NCBI GenBank assembly: GCA_032718475.1
Contig: JAUCBJ010001802.1
Location: 62,001 to 126,000, forward strand
Direction of reading: 5' to 3'
DNA: 64,000 nt
Source of the DNA: Nemertoderma westbladi
Lineage: Eukaryota > Animalia > Xenacoelomorpha
The notes beneath the pieces were generated by a model. That model ran no database searches. It was not told the DNA's origin and saw only the letters and a list, made by a program, of their open reading frames with translations. This document shows, piece by piece, positions 55,301-64,000 of the stretch. The stretch's first letter is position 1; each line of letters starts with the position of its first letter. The translations under genes and the position numbers were made by a program.

Positions 55301-58300
55301 TCACTGTCTCATTTAAAACTACCTAATTATCGGTTGAAATAATTAAATCAAGCAAAATAATTCAACAGACATGTTTTAAATCAACCTATAATATTAAGCA
55401 AAATAATGCAGTTTTGAAACATTATTTAAATCGATCAATAATATCAATCGAAATAATTAAGTTGAAAAACATTATTTAAAACGACCAATAATATCAATCG
55501 TATTAAATTATTGAATATTGATACGAAATGTATGCCATGAGTGAGTGGGTGAGTGCCCAGGTCGCTAATACAGTACATTGAATATTATAATTGTCATTAC
55601 TTTCATCGAAGAGGTTTCTAAAGTTCCTGAAATTTTTCATATTCTTCTGTTTGGTAACACGAGTAGGACTATTCTGCCCCTTCCATAAATTCTATAGTTT
55701 TTCAAGGATCGTAATTATCTGGGTAGGAATAGTCGTAGTCGGAATATTACCAGTTGAATTCTGCAGCAGCGATGAACCTGTTCAAATTCAGAATTTTTCT
55801 AACCAAAACAATAAACGAGGGTACTACTTCGCCATGTCGACACCCCCTGCCATTTTATATACCTTTCACTATTTGTGTTTTTTAATGATTTTTTGATCTT
55901 GGTGAATGTTCTAGAACATTACTAGATATATTTTTTATGGTAGCTAGTGTTTTTTTACTAGCTAGTATTTTTTTGAAATTATAAAAAAAAATGTGAAAAC
56001 ATTGATATTTCAGAATTGTGGCTAAACTATTGCAGATATTAATGATCAAATATATTGATGATATTATAACAGTTTAAGGGGGGGGTATAATAATAGACCA
56101 TAAATTTTGGACGCTCTATAGATGCATCTAAAATTATTTTTTTGCTAGGAGTCATATTTTGAGTTTTGTGACTAAGGAATTAAAATTTTGGAAAAATTCA
56201 AAATTTTTCAAAAATTTTATTTTTTCGCCAAAATTTTGCCAAAAAGGCAAAAAATGAAAAAAATGCTAAGGCTTCTAGCCAAATTATCCAAATACTTCAA
56301 AACTCATGTGAGAAAGTCAGTAGGACGTCCCAAACGATTTGCATTGACAAAATTTTGATATCTTGTCGAGAAGAGCAAAAAGCACCAAAAGGGACATTTT
56401 TGGTCCAAAAAATGACCAAAATTTCAAAAATTTGGCCCAATTTTTCGAAAAAATTGAGTTTTTAAAAAAATATCAAAATTTTGTCAATGCATTTTGTAAA
56501 GGACCCCACAATCATCGATCATGCAAAAAATCAGCACATTTGGGCCATTTTTGACAGAGCCTTAGCATTTTTCGTTTGAAAAATGCTAATTGGAGAAAAA
56601 CAGGTCTAAAGTTAAAGTTTGTTTATTTTATTATGAAGTTAAATTTTTGAAATTTCAATTAAATGAGATAAACTCAGAGAATTCTAATAAAATTTTTTTC
56701 ATCTAGTTCCAAATTTTATGTAGATTCCAAAAATTGTATTATTATCGCATGTTAATCTTAAGGTCATATTATTTCATATAAAAGACATGTTAAAGGGTGT
56801 GAATTTTTTGACAAAATTTGAACAAAAAACTGAAATCAATAAAAAATAATAATTCAAATTAGGCACTATATTAATATTCATTAATTAAAATTAAATTTAA
56901 AAATTTAAAATGAAATTTAAAAAGTTAATTAAAAGGCCCCAGATTTATATGACTTATGATCGGGTGCTTGCCATTTCTTTGATGGTTTGTGTTCAGTACT
57001 TTTCTGTTTACGTTTTAGGTTGACCTTCTTTGCTCGTTCTGCAAGGTCACCATCATCTTCCTCAAGGCCAAGCTTCTTCAAAATTATCTGTTCTGCTGAA
57101 CACCCCCGATTGTGAACTAAAACAGTATACGAAACATGAAACATGAGTGTACTTAGACCCACAAACGTTTCTTTAGATAGACGAGTCCATAGCCGTGAAT
57201 GCAGAGATTCGTTCGGATTTTGTGTGAGGCCAGGGATACAGCGTTCCAGAATTTCGCTCGTTGTTAGGCGTTCATAAACAGGTAAAATAAACTTCATGTT
57301 TGCCTCTTTTATAAATGTTACATTTTTGTAACTTATAGCATTGTTTTTGAATTTACACCACTTATTTTCAGGGCATAACTCATGTTGTTTCTCAACATTA
57401 TCTCCATAATCACAATAGTGATGTGTTGCAGCCACGATTTCACTTCGAATCGTGCTTATGAGCACTGATTTTTCAGTCTCTTAGAGTTTATCTATATCAA
57501 CATCTCCTATATTCTTCACGATCGTATTTCGGTAATATGACTGCAATTGGTGACATCGACTATCAGTCAACCCTCCCTTGCCTCCAAGTTTATGAGTTTT
57601 GCGAGCATTGGAAAGACCTGTATATAGACGCTTCTAATAATTTATATTACACTCATGATCAGCATTGCCATCTTCTTCTTTGTTGCGGCTACAAATATTA
57701 CAGTATTTTGAACAAACATCGAAATCAATGACATGTCCTGTATTTTCGGATATGATAAACGCGGCACCATAAAGTGATTGATGGCCTCTTTTCATCCATG
57801 TACCGTCAAAAGATATACATATTTCCCTGTCAATCTCTTTCATTGCACAATTTTTTGCATTTCCTCGTGCAAGTGATTCCGTGACCTTCGAGATTTCGTT
57901 GACATGAAATTGCCAGGCCTCTCTTCGCAACAGGAGATGGTAGTGACATTATTCTAGAAAACGTCTCTGCATCACCATGGGTCCCACCAACACAAAGCCA
58001 AGCCAGTACTGCACGAAGATTCACATCCGCTGTTTTTCTTCCAGGACGAGGTTCAGTTCGAGAGCTCGTGAAAGTAGAATATTGCCAATCACAACGTGAA
58101 CATTTCCCCTCAAAATTGGTACTATAACCACGATGTGACTCATTTATCACTACTGTACCGTCACATTGCTTATCATCATGTTTCTCCATTATCAGTTTCT
58201 TTATTATTTGCGTTGCTACAACGTTATATCCCTCCAACTTTCCATCTGAGGGTAGGACATTCAGATTCGATGCTATTAGCGACGGTTCTCGATCTTTTGG

Positions 58301-60977
58301 CACTACCGGTACCGGTACTGAAATCGATTTCATATGCGCGAGGTTCAATGTACCGGTATCTTGTTTCTTGGTTCCTCGAAATCCTGCTTTCCGTTGTTGA
58401 GTTATTCGTGGCATACTGTATTATAAAAATTATATCGTCAACGATGTATGTACAATTTTCGATTCGAAGATGGAGGACGCTCTATAGTCTGTGTCCGTCA
58501 AAACTGCTGATTGCATTGATTGAAACACCAATACAGCATACAGTTAGTAACTAAAACATAACAATGTGCGAATTCTCGTTTTAAACTTCCCGCTAAAATA
58601 CATTCCAACCTGTAATAACTTATTAGCCAATACAATGATTTCAGTGCAACAAGCCGGAAATTTTGTTAATTTTTGTCATTTTTTTCAAATAATTTTCAGG
58701 ATGCGTGTCTATATAATGAGCCATAACTCGAAAACTAGACAAGCTAGAAATAAACTGTTTACAGATTTGAAATCTCCATAAAATTTGCTACAAGAAACGG
58801 GTATAAAATTTTTTTTATATTTTTTGACCCCAATTATTATACCCCCCCCCTTAAGCTTCTATTAAAAATAGTTGGGTATTTTTTAAACATCGTGACAGTT
58901 TTCTGAATCAAAGTGTCCCTGAATGCGATCCAGCTACAGTAACATCCTACGATAATAATTAGGCCCACTAATACATAGGCAACATATTTAAAAAAATCTG
59001 TTTTAAACATTTTTAATACGTCATACTATTACTGTACTACTGTAGCTAGTAAATAATTGGCTCTCTTACAGTTTGCCATGCCACCTACTGCTATAATGGC
59101 ACGGTAAAGTGTAATAGGACTGAGGAGCTCTCTTACAGTTTGCCGAGCCACCTATATATTCAATATAATTAAAAAATATAATTGTTATAATTATATAATA
59201 TATATTTACGCAAGTGATACCGTAATTTACTCTAGGTACAATTACATTTTGTTACGTCTTGTGTAGCTAATGTTTTTATTGTTTGTTACTAAACCGGGTT
59301 CCTTTACTTCCTTCTAGTTTCCCTAATTATGATATGATAGATTAAAAACTATCATTTTATTATATCACAAAATTGCAAAATGGCAAGCTAGCTAGTTTTG
59401 GTTTCTTGTTTTCTAAATGTTCTAGAACATTATCAATCCATTTCATATAAAAATGTTGTTCTAGAACAAATATTTTTTGTTCTAGAACAAAAAATACAAA
59501 GCACTAGCTAATTTGTTAATTTTTTATTGTATGTTATCTATGTACAGTATAAATTTTTTATACTAGCTAGTTTTTGTTTCTTTTTTTAATGTTCTAGAAC
59601 ATATTATCTATACATTTAATATAACAATTTTGTTCTAGAACAAATATTTTAAGATCATTTTAATATATCAAAATATGGCTATATGGCACGGTAAAGTGTA
59701 AGAGTCCCAAATAATTCACTAGCTCCATAAAAACACTAGCTACCATAACTAATAATGTTAACAAAAAAAGTAAAATTTTTTATTTTCAAAAAATATTAGC
59801 AAGTAAAAAAAACATTAGCTGCCATTAAAAAATACCTACTGGGTCCTAGAACATTCACCATTATCAAAGGAACACTCAAAAGTCAAAACCACAAAAAATT
59901 AATGGTTAAAAAATGACAGGGGGGGGGGGGGGGGTGTCGACATGACGAAGTACTGTAGTACCTAAACGAGGTTGTTAACACTCTTTTTGAGCGCGAAGAT
60001 TGCTCCGGGCGAAGCTTTCTAGCGGGCAAAGTTTGCTGCGTCCCAAACTACCCGAAGTTGCCGAGTTGGAAATGTTATCAGAAATTAATGACAGGGGGTG
60101 GTTTGGGGGGGGGGGGGGGGGGTGGGGCTTCGCAGAGTGCGTTTAATCATTATAGTACTGTATAGGCCTACTGTATAGTAAGATAGTAAATTCACTTACC
60201 AACCACAACGCCAATGTACACAATTAAACCATCAACTGATTTAGCGTTACTAGCAAAAATCATCCCAAGCATTGCGATTATAGATCCAAATATGGTTGTC
60301 AATTTATATCCAATCCGAAACTTTAGGCCTACACAACTACAATGCCATTTATAGTTCTCAAACCAAGCGACCACCGGGCCTAAAATGAGAAAATAATACA
60401 GTTATTCCTTCCATACATTATTGTTGTACTGTATGTAGGCCAGTAGGCCTACAACAACTTCACATATGGTCTATTAACCAACCTAAAGTCAAATAGACGG
60501 CCATCACTACTGATCTCCAGGCCTACAACAACTTCACATATGGTCTATTAACCAACCTAAAGTCAAATAGACGGCCATCACTACTGATCTCCAGGCCTAC
60601 AACAACTTCACATATGGTCTATTAACCAACCTAAAGTCAAATAGACGGCCATCACTACTGATCTCCAGGCCTACAACAACTTCACATATGGTCTATTAAC
60701 CAACCTAAAGTCAAATAGACGGCCATCACTACTGATCTCCAGGCCTACAACAACTTCACATATGGTCTATTAACCAACCTAAAGTCAAATAGACGGCCAT
60801 CACTAGTGATCCCACGAGAGATGTCTTCATTCTACTCTCACCGAATTCGTCGAGTAAAATGGAGAGGAAGAGACCAAAGGAATAGCAGAAACCGTCTACC
60901 AATATACATGAAAAAAACGATGCGATCACTGACCCCCACGCTTGGCATCCTCTGTCGGGGGGTTTTTGAATCTTCAT
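13104..60977 (-). CDS. SLC16/MCT-family MFS transporter, 7 coding exons, 658 aa: complement(join(13104..13342,15045..15176,31778..31984,38152..39007,53914..54077,60200..60379,60779..60977))
   Basis: All six introns are GT..AG with compatible phases; total 1977 nt = 659 codons including the stop. SLC16 motifs: PPDRG..AWGSVIASF, WFKRKMATANGIVTAGSGLG, LNCSICG, ANTVGRFVSG, GTPFAGYLAD. An upstream exon cannot be excluded. Confidence 0.88.
13745..14427. mobile_element. Diverged relative of the Kolobok-like element at 11976, left end unclear
   Basis: Shares gagcagaattt..caaatctgaaaaccgcttag and aaaactgacatcgg.aatgaaatcagcgacc blocks; ends in a C-run followed by cttaa. Confidence 0.6.
15045..15176 (-). 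CDS. SLC16-like transporter exon 6
   Basis: ttttag|CTTAT...GCTG|gtatgt; (A)YFITSRMLLVKELM...GTPFA. Confidence 0.85.
15284..16813 (+). mobile_element. 5'-truncated RTE-clade LINE (RT domain, one frameshift near 15690)
   Basis: RT motifs FRGISLIS, QNGFRKGRGT, FVDFFKAFDSV, GVLQGDTLAPFLF, LDFADD; (GTA)n tail; 15-bp TSD AGTATGGTTTGGAAT at 15269-15283 and 16814-16828. Confidence 0.92.
16988..19374 (+). repeat. 5' LTR (2387 bp, lengthened by a microsatellite)
   Basis: Matches 28361-29525 apart from about 8 substitutions, a small indel and the CGGTA array length. Confidence 0.93.
17426..18675. repeat. (CGGTA)n microsatellite, about 250 units
   Basis: Near-perfect 1250-bp pentamer array with only a few variant units. 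Confidence 0.98.
19375..19385 (+). promoter_or_regulatory. Putative self-priming primer-binding site GTAACAGTTAT
   Basis: Directly follows the 5' LTR; exact reverse complement of ATAACTGTTAC at 17415-17425; no TGG tRNA-type PBS. Confidence 0.7.
19725..20323. repeat. Tandem duplication of about 300 bp in the element's 5' leader
   Basis: tatgtccgataaagtgccggttaggaa...cgaaagaataagtcgtactact...catttcggagtctgca is present twice. Confidence 0.8.
21656..23991 (+). pseudogene. gag: Bel/Pao gag, 1-nt frameshift near 23663
   Basis: DUF1759-like KFNGDEMKWLPF...LSNGEKLRFL...LNIRYGN; knuckles CVLCDGP/HRLNVC, CYNCLRRGHQRRTC, CAKCGAKHHILLH. Confidence 0.88.
24003..25080 (+). pseudogene. pol: Aspartic protease plus internally deleted pol (RNase H tail and integrase tail only)
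   Basis: ALLDSGSTGTFI; ILIGQN...RTRVGWYFTGP; QWRHCPETINLADIASSG..W..EPDFL (end of Pao RNase H); LNRPAGRLCLLE (pol C-terminus). No RT or DDE integrase core. Confidence 0.8.
26760..28282 (+). pseudogene. Frameshifted ORF of unknown function in the env position of the Bel/Pao element
   Basis: Overlapping + strand ORFs 26760-27263, 27133-27582, 27408-27836 and 28031-28282 in a coding-like block flanked by AT-rich DNA. Confidence 0.6.
28361..29525 (+). repeat. 3' LTR (1165 bp)
   Basis: tgtaaaagctttt...gcgcgaaca; only 5 CGG(C/T)A units at 28802-28826. Confidence 0.93.
29599..30429. mobile_element. MITE with 9-bp TSD (Mutator-like); C-rich/G-rich subterminal repeats and 36-bp internal repeats
   Basis: TSD TTGCCAATC at 29590-29598 and 30430-30438; ggacacttccccccc repeats are inverted at the other end. 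Confidence 0.82.
31778..31984 (-). CDS. SLC16-like transporter exon 5
   Basis: tttcag|CTTTGGGT...ACAG|gtaagt; (T)LGGANTVGRFVSG...YAVLYGSTT. Confidence 0.88.
32618..34432. mobile_element. Non-autonomous piggyBac-like element with diverged internal repeats of about 170 bp
   Basis: TTAA|CCCTATTTAACCCGGG ... CCCGGTACTAAAAGGG|TTAA (imperfect TIR). Confidence 0.6.
33800..34285 (+). mobile_element. 3' fragment of an L2/CR1-group LINE
   Basis: GLPDESLSRLQVALNSCARII...ITPILKSLHWLPI..RI; YGDRCFSIAAP; agcgcc..ggcgct 3' hairpin and (TTA)n tail. Confidence 0.85.
34820..37920. repeat. 53-bp satellite that switches orientation at about 36040
   Basis: ggatccgggaaggggtgtaaaacgcggattcaagttaattaccaagttttaat units up to about 36037, then reverse-complement units from about 36046. 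Confidence 0.95.
38152..39007 (-). CDS. SLC16-like transporter exon 4 (TM6, large cytoplasmic loop, TM7)
   Basis: ttttacag|GGCACA...CTAA|gttagt; GTFLICSAMILNCSICG...VPNVFLLEHAKVKGI. Confidence 0.88.
41179..41188 (+). promoter_or_regulatory. Putative self-priming primer-binding site GTCTTAAACT
   Basis: Directly follows the 5' LTR; exact reverse complement of AGTTTAAGAC at 40975-40984. Confidence 0.65.
41236..43260 (+). pseudogene. Broken low-complexity ORF in the gag position of the second LTR element
   Basis: ATG 57 nt after the LTR; chain of + strand ORFs (41236, 41678, 42158, 42544) interrupted by frameshifts and G-runs; no recognisable domain. Confidence 0.45.
43470..44370. repeat. 69-bp tandem repeats (x3) decaying into purine-rich agagttagta-type repeats
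   Basis: gtagtaccggttgtggttgtgggcaccgcaagcgccacgtagatggaggtag is repeated. Confidence 0.85.
47539..48178. mobile_element. MITE with 9-bp TSD (Mutator-like)
   Basis: TIR ggtacgtactaaaaggtagaacgatctataacg; TSD AATAAATTC at 47530-47538 and 48179-48187. Confidence 0.88.
49005..50854. mobile_element. Foldback MITE whose arms are inverted arrays of a 21-bp repeat (gcgaatttagttccaatggaa)
   Basis: ggcgacgattccccgta (49030) / tacggggaatcgtcgcc (ending 50833); arrays at about 49065-49417 and 49850-50800 in opposite orientation. Confidence 0.8.
50963..53430. repeat. 21-22 bp hairpin satellite (taagtcgt-tcgc-acgactta) following a transposon-like end (TA|CGGAGCCCCTAAAGGGACATG)
   Basis: About 110 tandem units at 51005-53430; matching right terminus not found. 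Confidence 0.9.
53914..54077 (-). CDS. SLC16-like transporter exon 3
   Basis: taatag|GTATCGGT...TGGGAT|gttagt; (G)IGFGMIFLPSTVVFTTWFKRKMATANGIVTAGSGLG. Confidence 0.9.
54188..54420 (+). mobile_element. tRNA-derived SINE with a Nin/Deu-domain-like core
   Basis: A box tagctcagttgg, B box ggttcgaacc, then ccactcagcc...ggggtccataaaatgagtaccag, which resembles the Nin/Deu core as I recall it. Confidence 0.7.
54440..54650 (-). mobile_element. Degraded LINE ORF2 fragment
   Basis: HFKELLN...DEPINPNEVVEAFQNLKYGKSASGIVAESL resembles the linker before a LINE RT. Confidence 0.55.
54770..55310. repeat. 57-bp minisatellite (about 8 copies) followed by inverted copies
   Basis: ttaaatgtgatcagctgacagtgaattatttcgacgtataa units; reversed after about 55225. 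Confidence 0.9.
56078..58850 (-). mobile_element. Kolobok-superfamily DNA transposon (defective)
   Basis: TTAA TSD at 56074-56077 and 58851-58854; TIR G-run-tataataat; carries a transposase pseudogene. Confidence 0.85.
56929..58414 (-). pseudogene. Kolobok DDE transposase with a frameshift, two stops and a probable internal deletion
   Basis: ISFDGTWMKRGHQSLYG, VIDFDVCSKYCNIC, HELCPENKWC, CIPGLTQNPNESLHS; the GDGDS segment is missing. Confidence 0.85.
60200..60379 (-). CDS. SLC16-like transporter exon 2
   Basis: ttttag|GCCCGGTG...GTTG|gtaagt; (G)PVVAWF...GSIIAMLGMIFAS...YIGVVV. Confidence 0.88.
60445..60810. repeat. 74-bp tandem repeat (about 5 copies) spanning the exon 1/intron 1 junction
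   Basis: Units start at 60445, 60519, 60593, 60667 and 60741; the last runs into coding sequence. Confidence 0.95.
60779..60977 (-). CDS. SLC16-like transporter, first coding exon
   Basis: MKIQKPPDRGCQAWGSVIASFFSCILVDGFCYSFG...YLTL(G)|gttggt. Confidence 0.85.
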
Positions 60978-62945
60978 TTTGCTATTCTCATAAATTAGAA
61001 AACAGGAATATAATGTAGATTAATTTATTGTATTTCTTATTAAAGTTTAATTGTGGTATTGCATTGTCCATTTATTCGTAACACATACAATAAGTATTAA
61101 TCAACAAAGGCTTGGCTACACATTGTATATGTATGGCACAACCGCCGTATCTACAGTATGATTTTCTTTTAGATTATATAACTAAATAAAATAAAATTAT
61201 AAAATAAGTTTCGACAAAACAAATATGTTTCGCTATGGTTTATTTATCATGAGCTCTTTTTCTTAATTTCAAAATCAATAATTTATTTATTAAAGTAACA
61301 ATTTACGTTCTGGAACAAATATAGATCTGAGTTCCCCAGATAAAGGACGAAATATTTGAAAAAGAAATCTTCCTCCGTTTCCTTGATTTTAATCCGATTA
61401 AGCTGAAATTTGGCATATAATCTATGTAGGCCTTACTAGAACTACTGTAGCTACTGTAGTGTTTTTTAACAAGCTAGTATTTTTGGCATTTAGTGTGGCT
61501 TGGGGCCCCATTTTTGGAAAATTTATGGCATCATATTTTGTTGTTAATTTGAATGTACAGGTATAATATCAAGAAGACTTATTCTAGACCATTGTAAATA
61601 CAAAAAAATACAAAAACATATATGTATATATATGTTAAATATGTATGAAATAAATAAATATATAATGTATATACAATAATATATATATTAATATTTAATT
61701 ATTATTATTATTATTTTTCATTATTTATATTTTTTCATTATTTATATTTTTTTATTATTTCTATGATATAATACTAAAAAACATATATGTAAATATATGT
61801 TAAATATGTATGAAATAAATAAATATATATTGTATATACAATAATATATATATTTATATTTAATTATTATTATTATTTTTATTTATTATTTATATTTTTT
61901 TATTATTTATATAATACAGTATAATACAAAAACATATATCTATACACCATGTCCCGTAATATATTGTCATTTTCTGATGAAACGGACCCCCCCTAAGATT
62001 TTTCTACAAATCTTTATCATATTGCTTGAAATTTGAAATACAACTAGTTCGACTCACCGTCGATGACCCCATGAAGCCGGAATGAATTTTCGATTTTGAA
62101 ATTTCGTTTTAAAAAAGTGTCTTTTGCGAAATCGCACCCTCTGTATCGTAACCATTCTCCACATTAGTCGTATTTTTGTCATATCATTAGAAAGCTTGCG
62201 TTGCAAGGATTCCAAATATGTAACAATATCTGAATTTCGTTGAGAAACAGCTGAGATATAAGCGTTCAAAGATCGCAAGAATTATTGTTCGCTGAAGGTC
62301 ATTTATTCTATTAAATAAATACACGATGTTCTGGAACATTTTGTTTAAGTATGAATAGCTACGCAATAGAGATATTGGATAGAAATACCGCTGTTGCCAA
62401 CCATCTTATAAAATAAACAACACATTCTAGAATTTTGTGTATTTATTTAATATAATAATGGGGTAGACGACTCGGAAAATTTTTTTCGAGTTTTCGTTGG
62501 TTTCATGTGAAAGAGCATGTGAAAAAACCCCAGAGAGCAATTTTACTTCAAAAGAATTAATATTGGCTGAGTTATAGTGATTTTAAAACGCAAAATTAGC
62601 AACATCGAAAAATCAGGCCGTTTCAGAAAACTGCACTAGTGACGTCACTAGTGCAGCAGTAAATGTTCATTGGTTACTATACAATATAAATCTCTTAGTA
62701 ACTAAAATAAATTGTGTAGCTAATATTTATTTAGTGTGTTTTTGTGTTGTGTTAAGAATACATTATTTGATATCTTAATGTGGAAATTGATTCATGACAA
62801 GTTAATTATTCCAGAATAATAATTATTTTTCCCAAACTATACAGTTGTTAGCTATAAAAATAAAACATATTTTGTAGCTAAAACTGCCAGGTGGTAGGAA
62901 CCCAGTAGCTTATTGATGTTTTATTCAGCTTCAAAGCTTAGATTA

Positions 62946-64000
62946 TGTAAAAGCTTTTGCGTAATTAGCCGGTTATTTTCCCTTAAAGTACTCTGTAGTT
63001 GGTTTGCCAGGCATAAAAAGGCCGTGTCCTTGCTGTACTGGTGTTTTAGAGGACATAAAAGTCATTTCTTATGTATTTGTACTGTATTTGTACTTTAGAG
63101 GACATAATCCACAATCTCGTGACGCAATAGCTGGATACTTTGAAACAGTGTCGCTACCATGACGACGGCTAGCAGCTGATATTGCCACGTCGACGTTTCT
63201 TTGTTTCTTTGTTCTCTCGTTGTTCAGGTTGACCAATCAGAGCGTTTGTTGTCTCTGTGTTGGAGGTATATACAGAAACTCAGTAGTTCAGTGTTATGTT
63301 TTTGCCCAGAGCCTAAGAACCGGCTTTTGGCACCTCCGTGTTTTCAGTTTTTAGTTTTACACTAGTAGGTTTAATTATAAGGACATATATCCTTTAACGC
63401 ACCTGACTTTTAATCGCTGCTAACTGATCATACATCCTGACTGCTGAAACATTGCAAACTCATAACAATCAGTGTTCAGTTGTTGTTTTATACTGCTATT
63501 TACTGTCAGTTCTTCATAATATGGTTGATGAATTATTATATTGGAATAACGAGAAATAACCCCGAAAACCCAATATTCTTGATATACCGAAGGTAAGAGA
63601 GAAAGGTTACCAATAACGATTGTGACTTATGTTAAAGTGGTTTGAAGTGAATCTAATGTTATTTGATAGACCCTACATGAGTCAGTCTGTGTTCCTTTTA
63701 TATGTGACTAAAATCAGTGAAGATTGGCAGATTAGTGTGCAGTATTGTGCAGCATTGTGTATGAGTGAGTCTGTTAAAGAAGCAATTCCTAAAGAATGCG
63801 CCATATATGTGAATTATAATTAAGCCATATCGTTGTGAGTAGTTTAAGTCATAACTCTGTTTATATAGATAAAGCGCCACGTCCTAAAGGAACTGTTAAT
63901 ATTCCCCGAAGGTGAATAATATTGTCAGAGATTATATAATACTGTCAGTCGAATAATACATTAGGCTTACATAGCAATAAAATTAAACCGTCGAACCCAA
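62946..64000 (+). mobile_element. Diverged LTR related to the Bel/Pao LTR (5' or solo); runs off the window
   Basis: Starts with the same tgtaaaagcttttg; shares cctaaagaatgcgcc and agcgccacgtcctaaaggaactg blocks; no PPT upstream. Confidence 0.8.

Larger units (their letters stand above)
55820..59962. mobile_element. Non-autonomous TIR element with 8-bp TSD and GG termini (Merlin-like), hosting the Kolobok insertion
   Basis: ggtactacttcgccatgtcgacacccc / ggggtgtcgacatgacgaagtactgtagtacc; TSD TAAACGAG at 55812-55819 and 59963-59970. Confidence 0.82.

Overview
Animal (invertebrate-type) nuclear DNA, dominated by transposons. Host genes are all on the minus strand. They are the 5' end of VTA1 (1-170), an intronless MED21 (391-882) only 220 bp away, and a 7-exon SLC16/MCT-family transporter (13104-60977; 1977 coding nt over about 48 kb). 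The transporter introns and the upstream intergenic region hold a 5'-truncated RTE LINE, a non-autonomous Bel/Pao LTR retrotransposon (16988-29525), a second pol-less LTR element (40632-45287), a defective Kolobok transposon nested in a TIR element, several MITEs, a tRNA-derived SINE and satellites. A third LTR, related to the Bel/Pao one, starts at 62946. The most striking signal is that neither complete LTR element has a TGG-type tRNA primer-binding site. Instead, the 11 or 10 nt right after each 5' LTR are the exact reverse complement of a site inside that element's own LTR. This is the geometry of Tf1-type self-priming, which I do not know from Bel/Pao elements. Other notable points are a 250-copy CGGTA array in only one LTR beside the predicted self-primer, an unknown ORF in the env position, an operon-like MED21-VTA1 spacing, and many TA-CAG/CTG-TA excision footprints. 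All calls were made by eye; no database searches were run.
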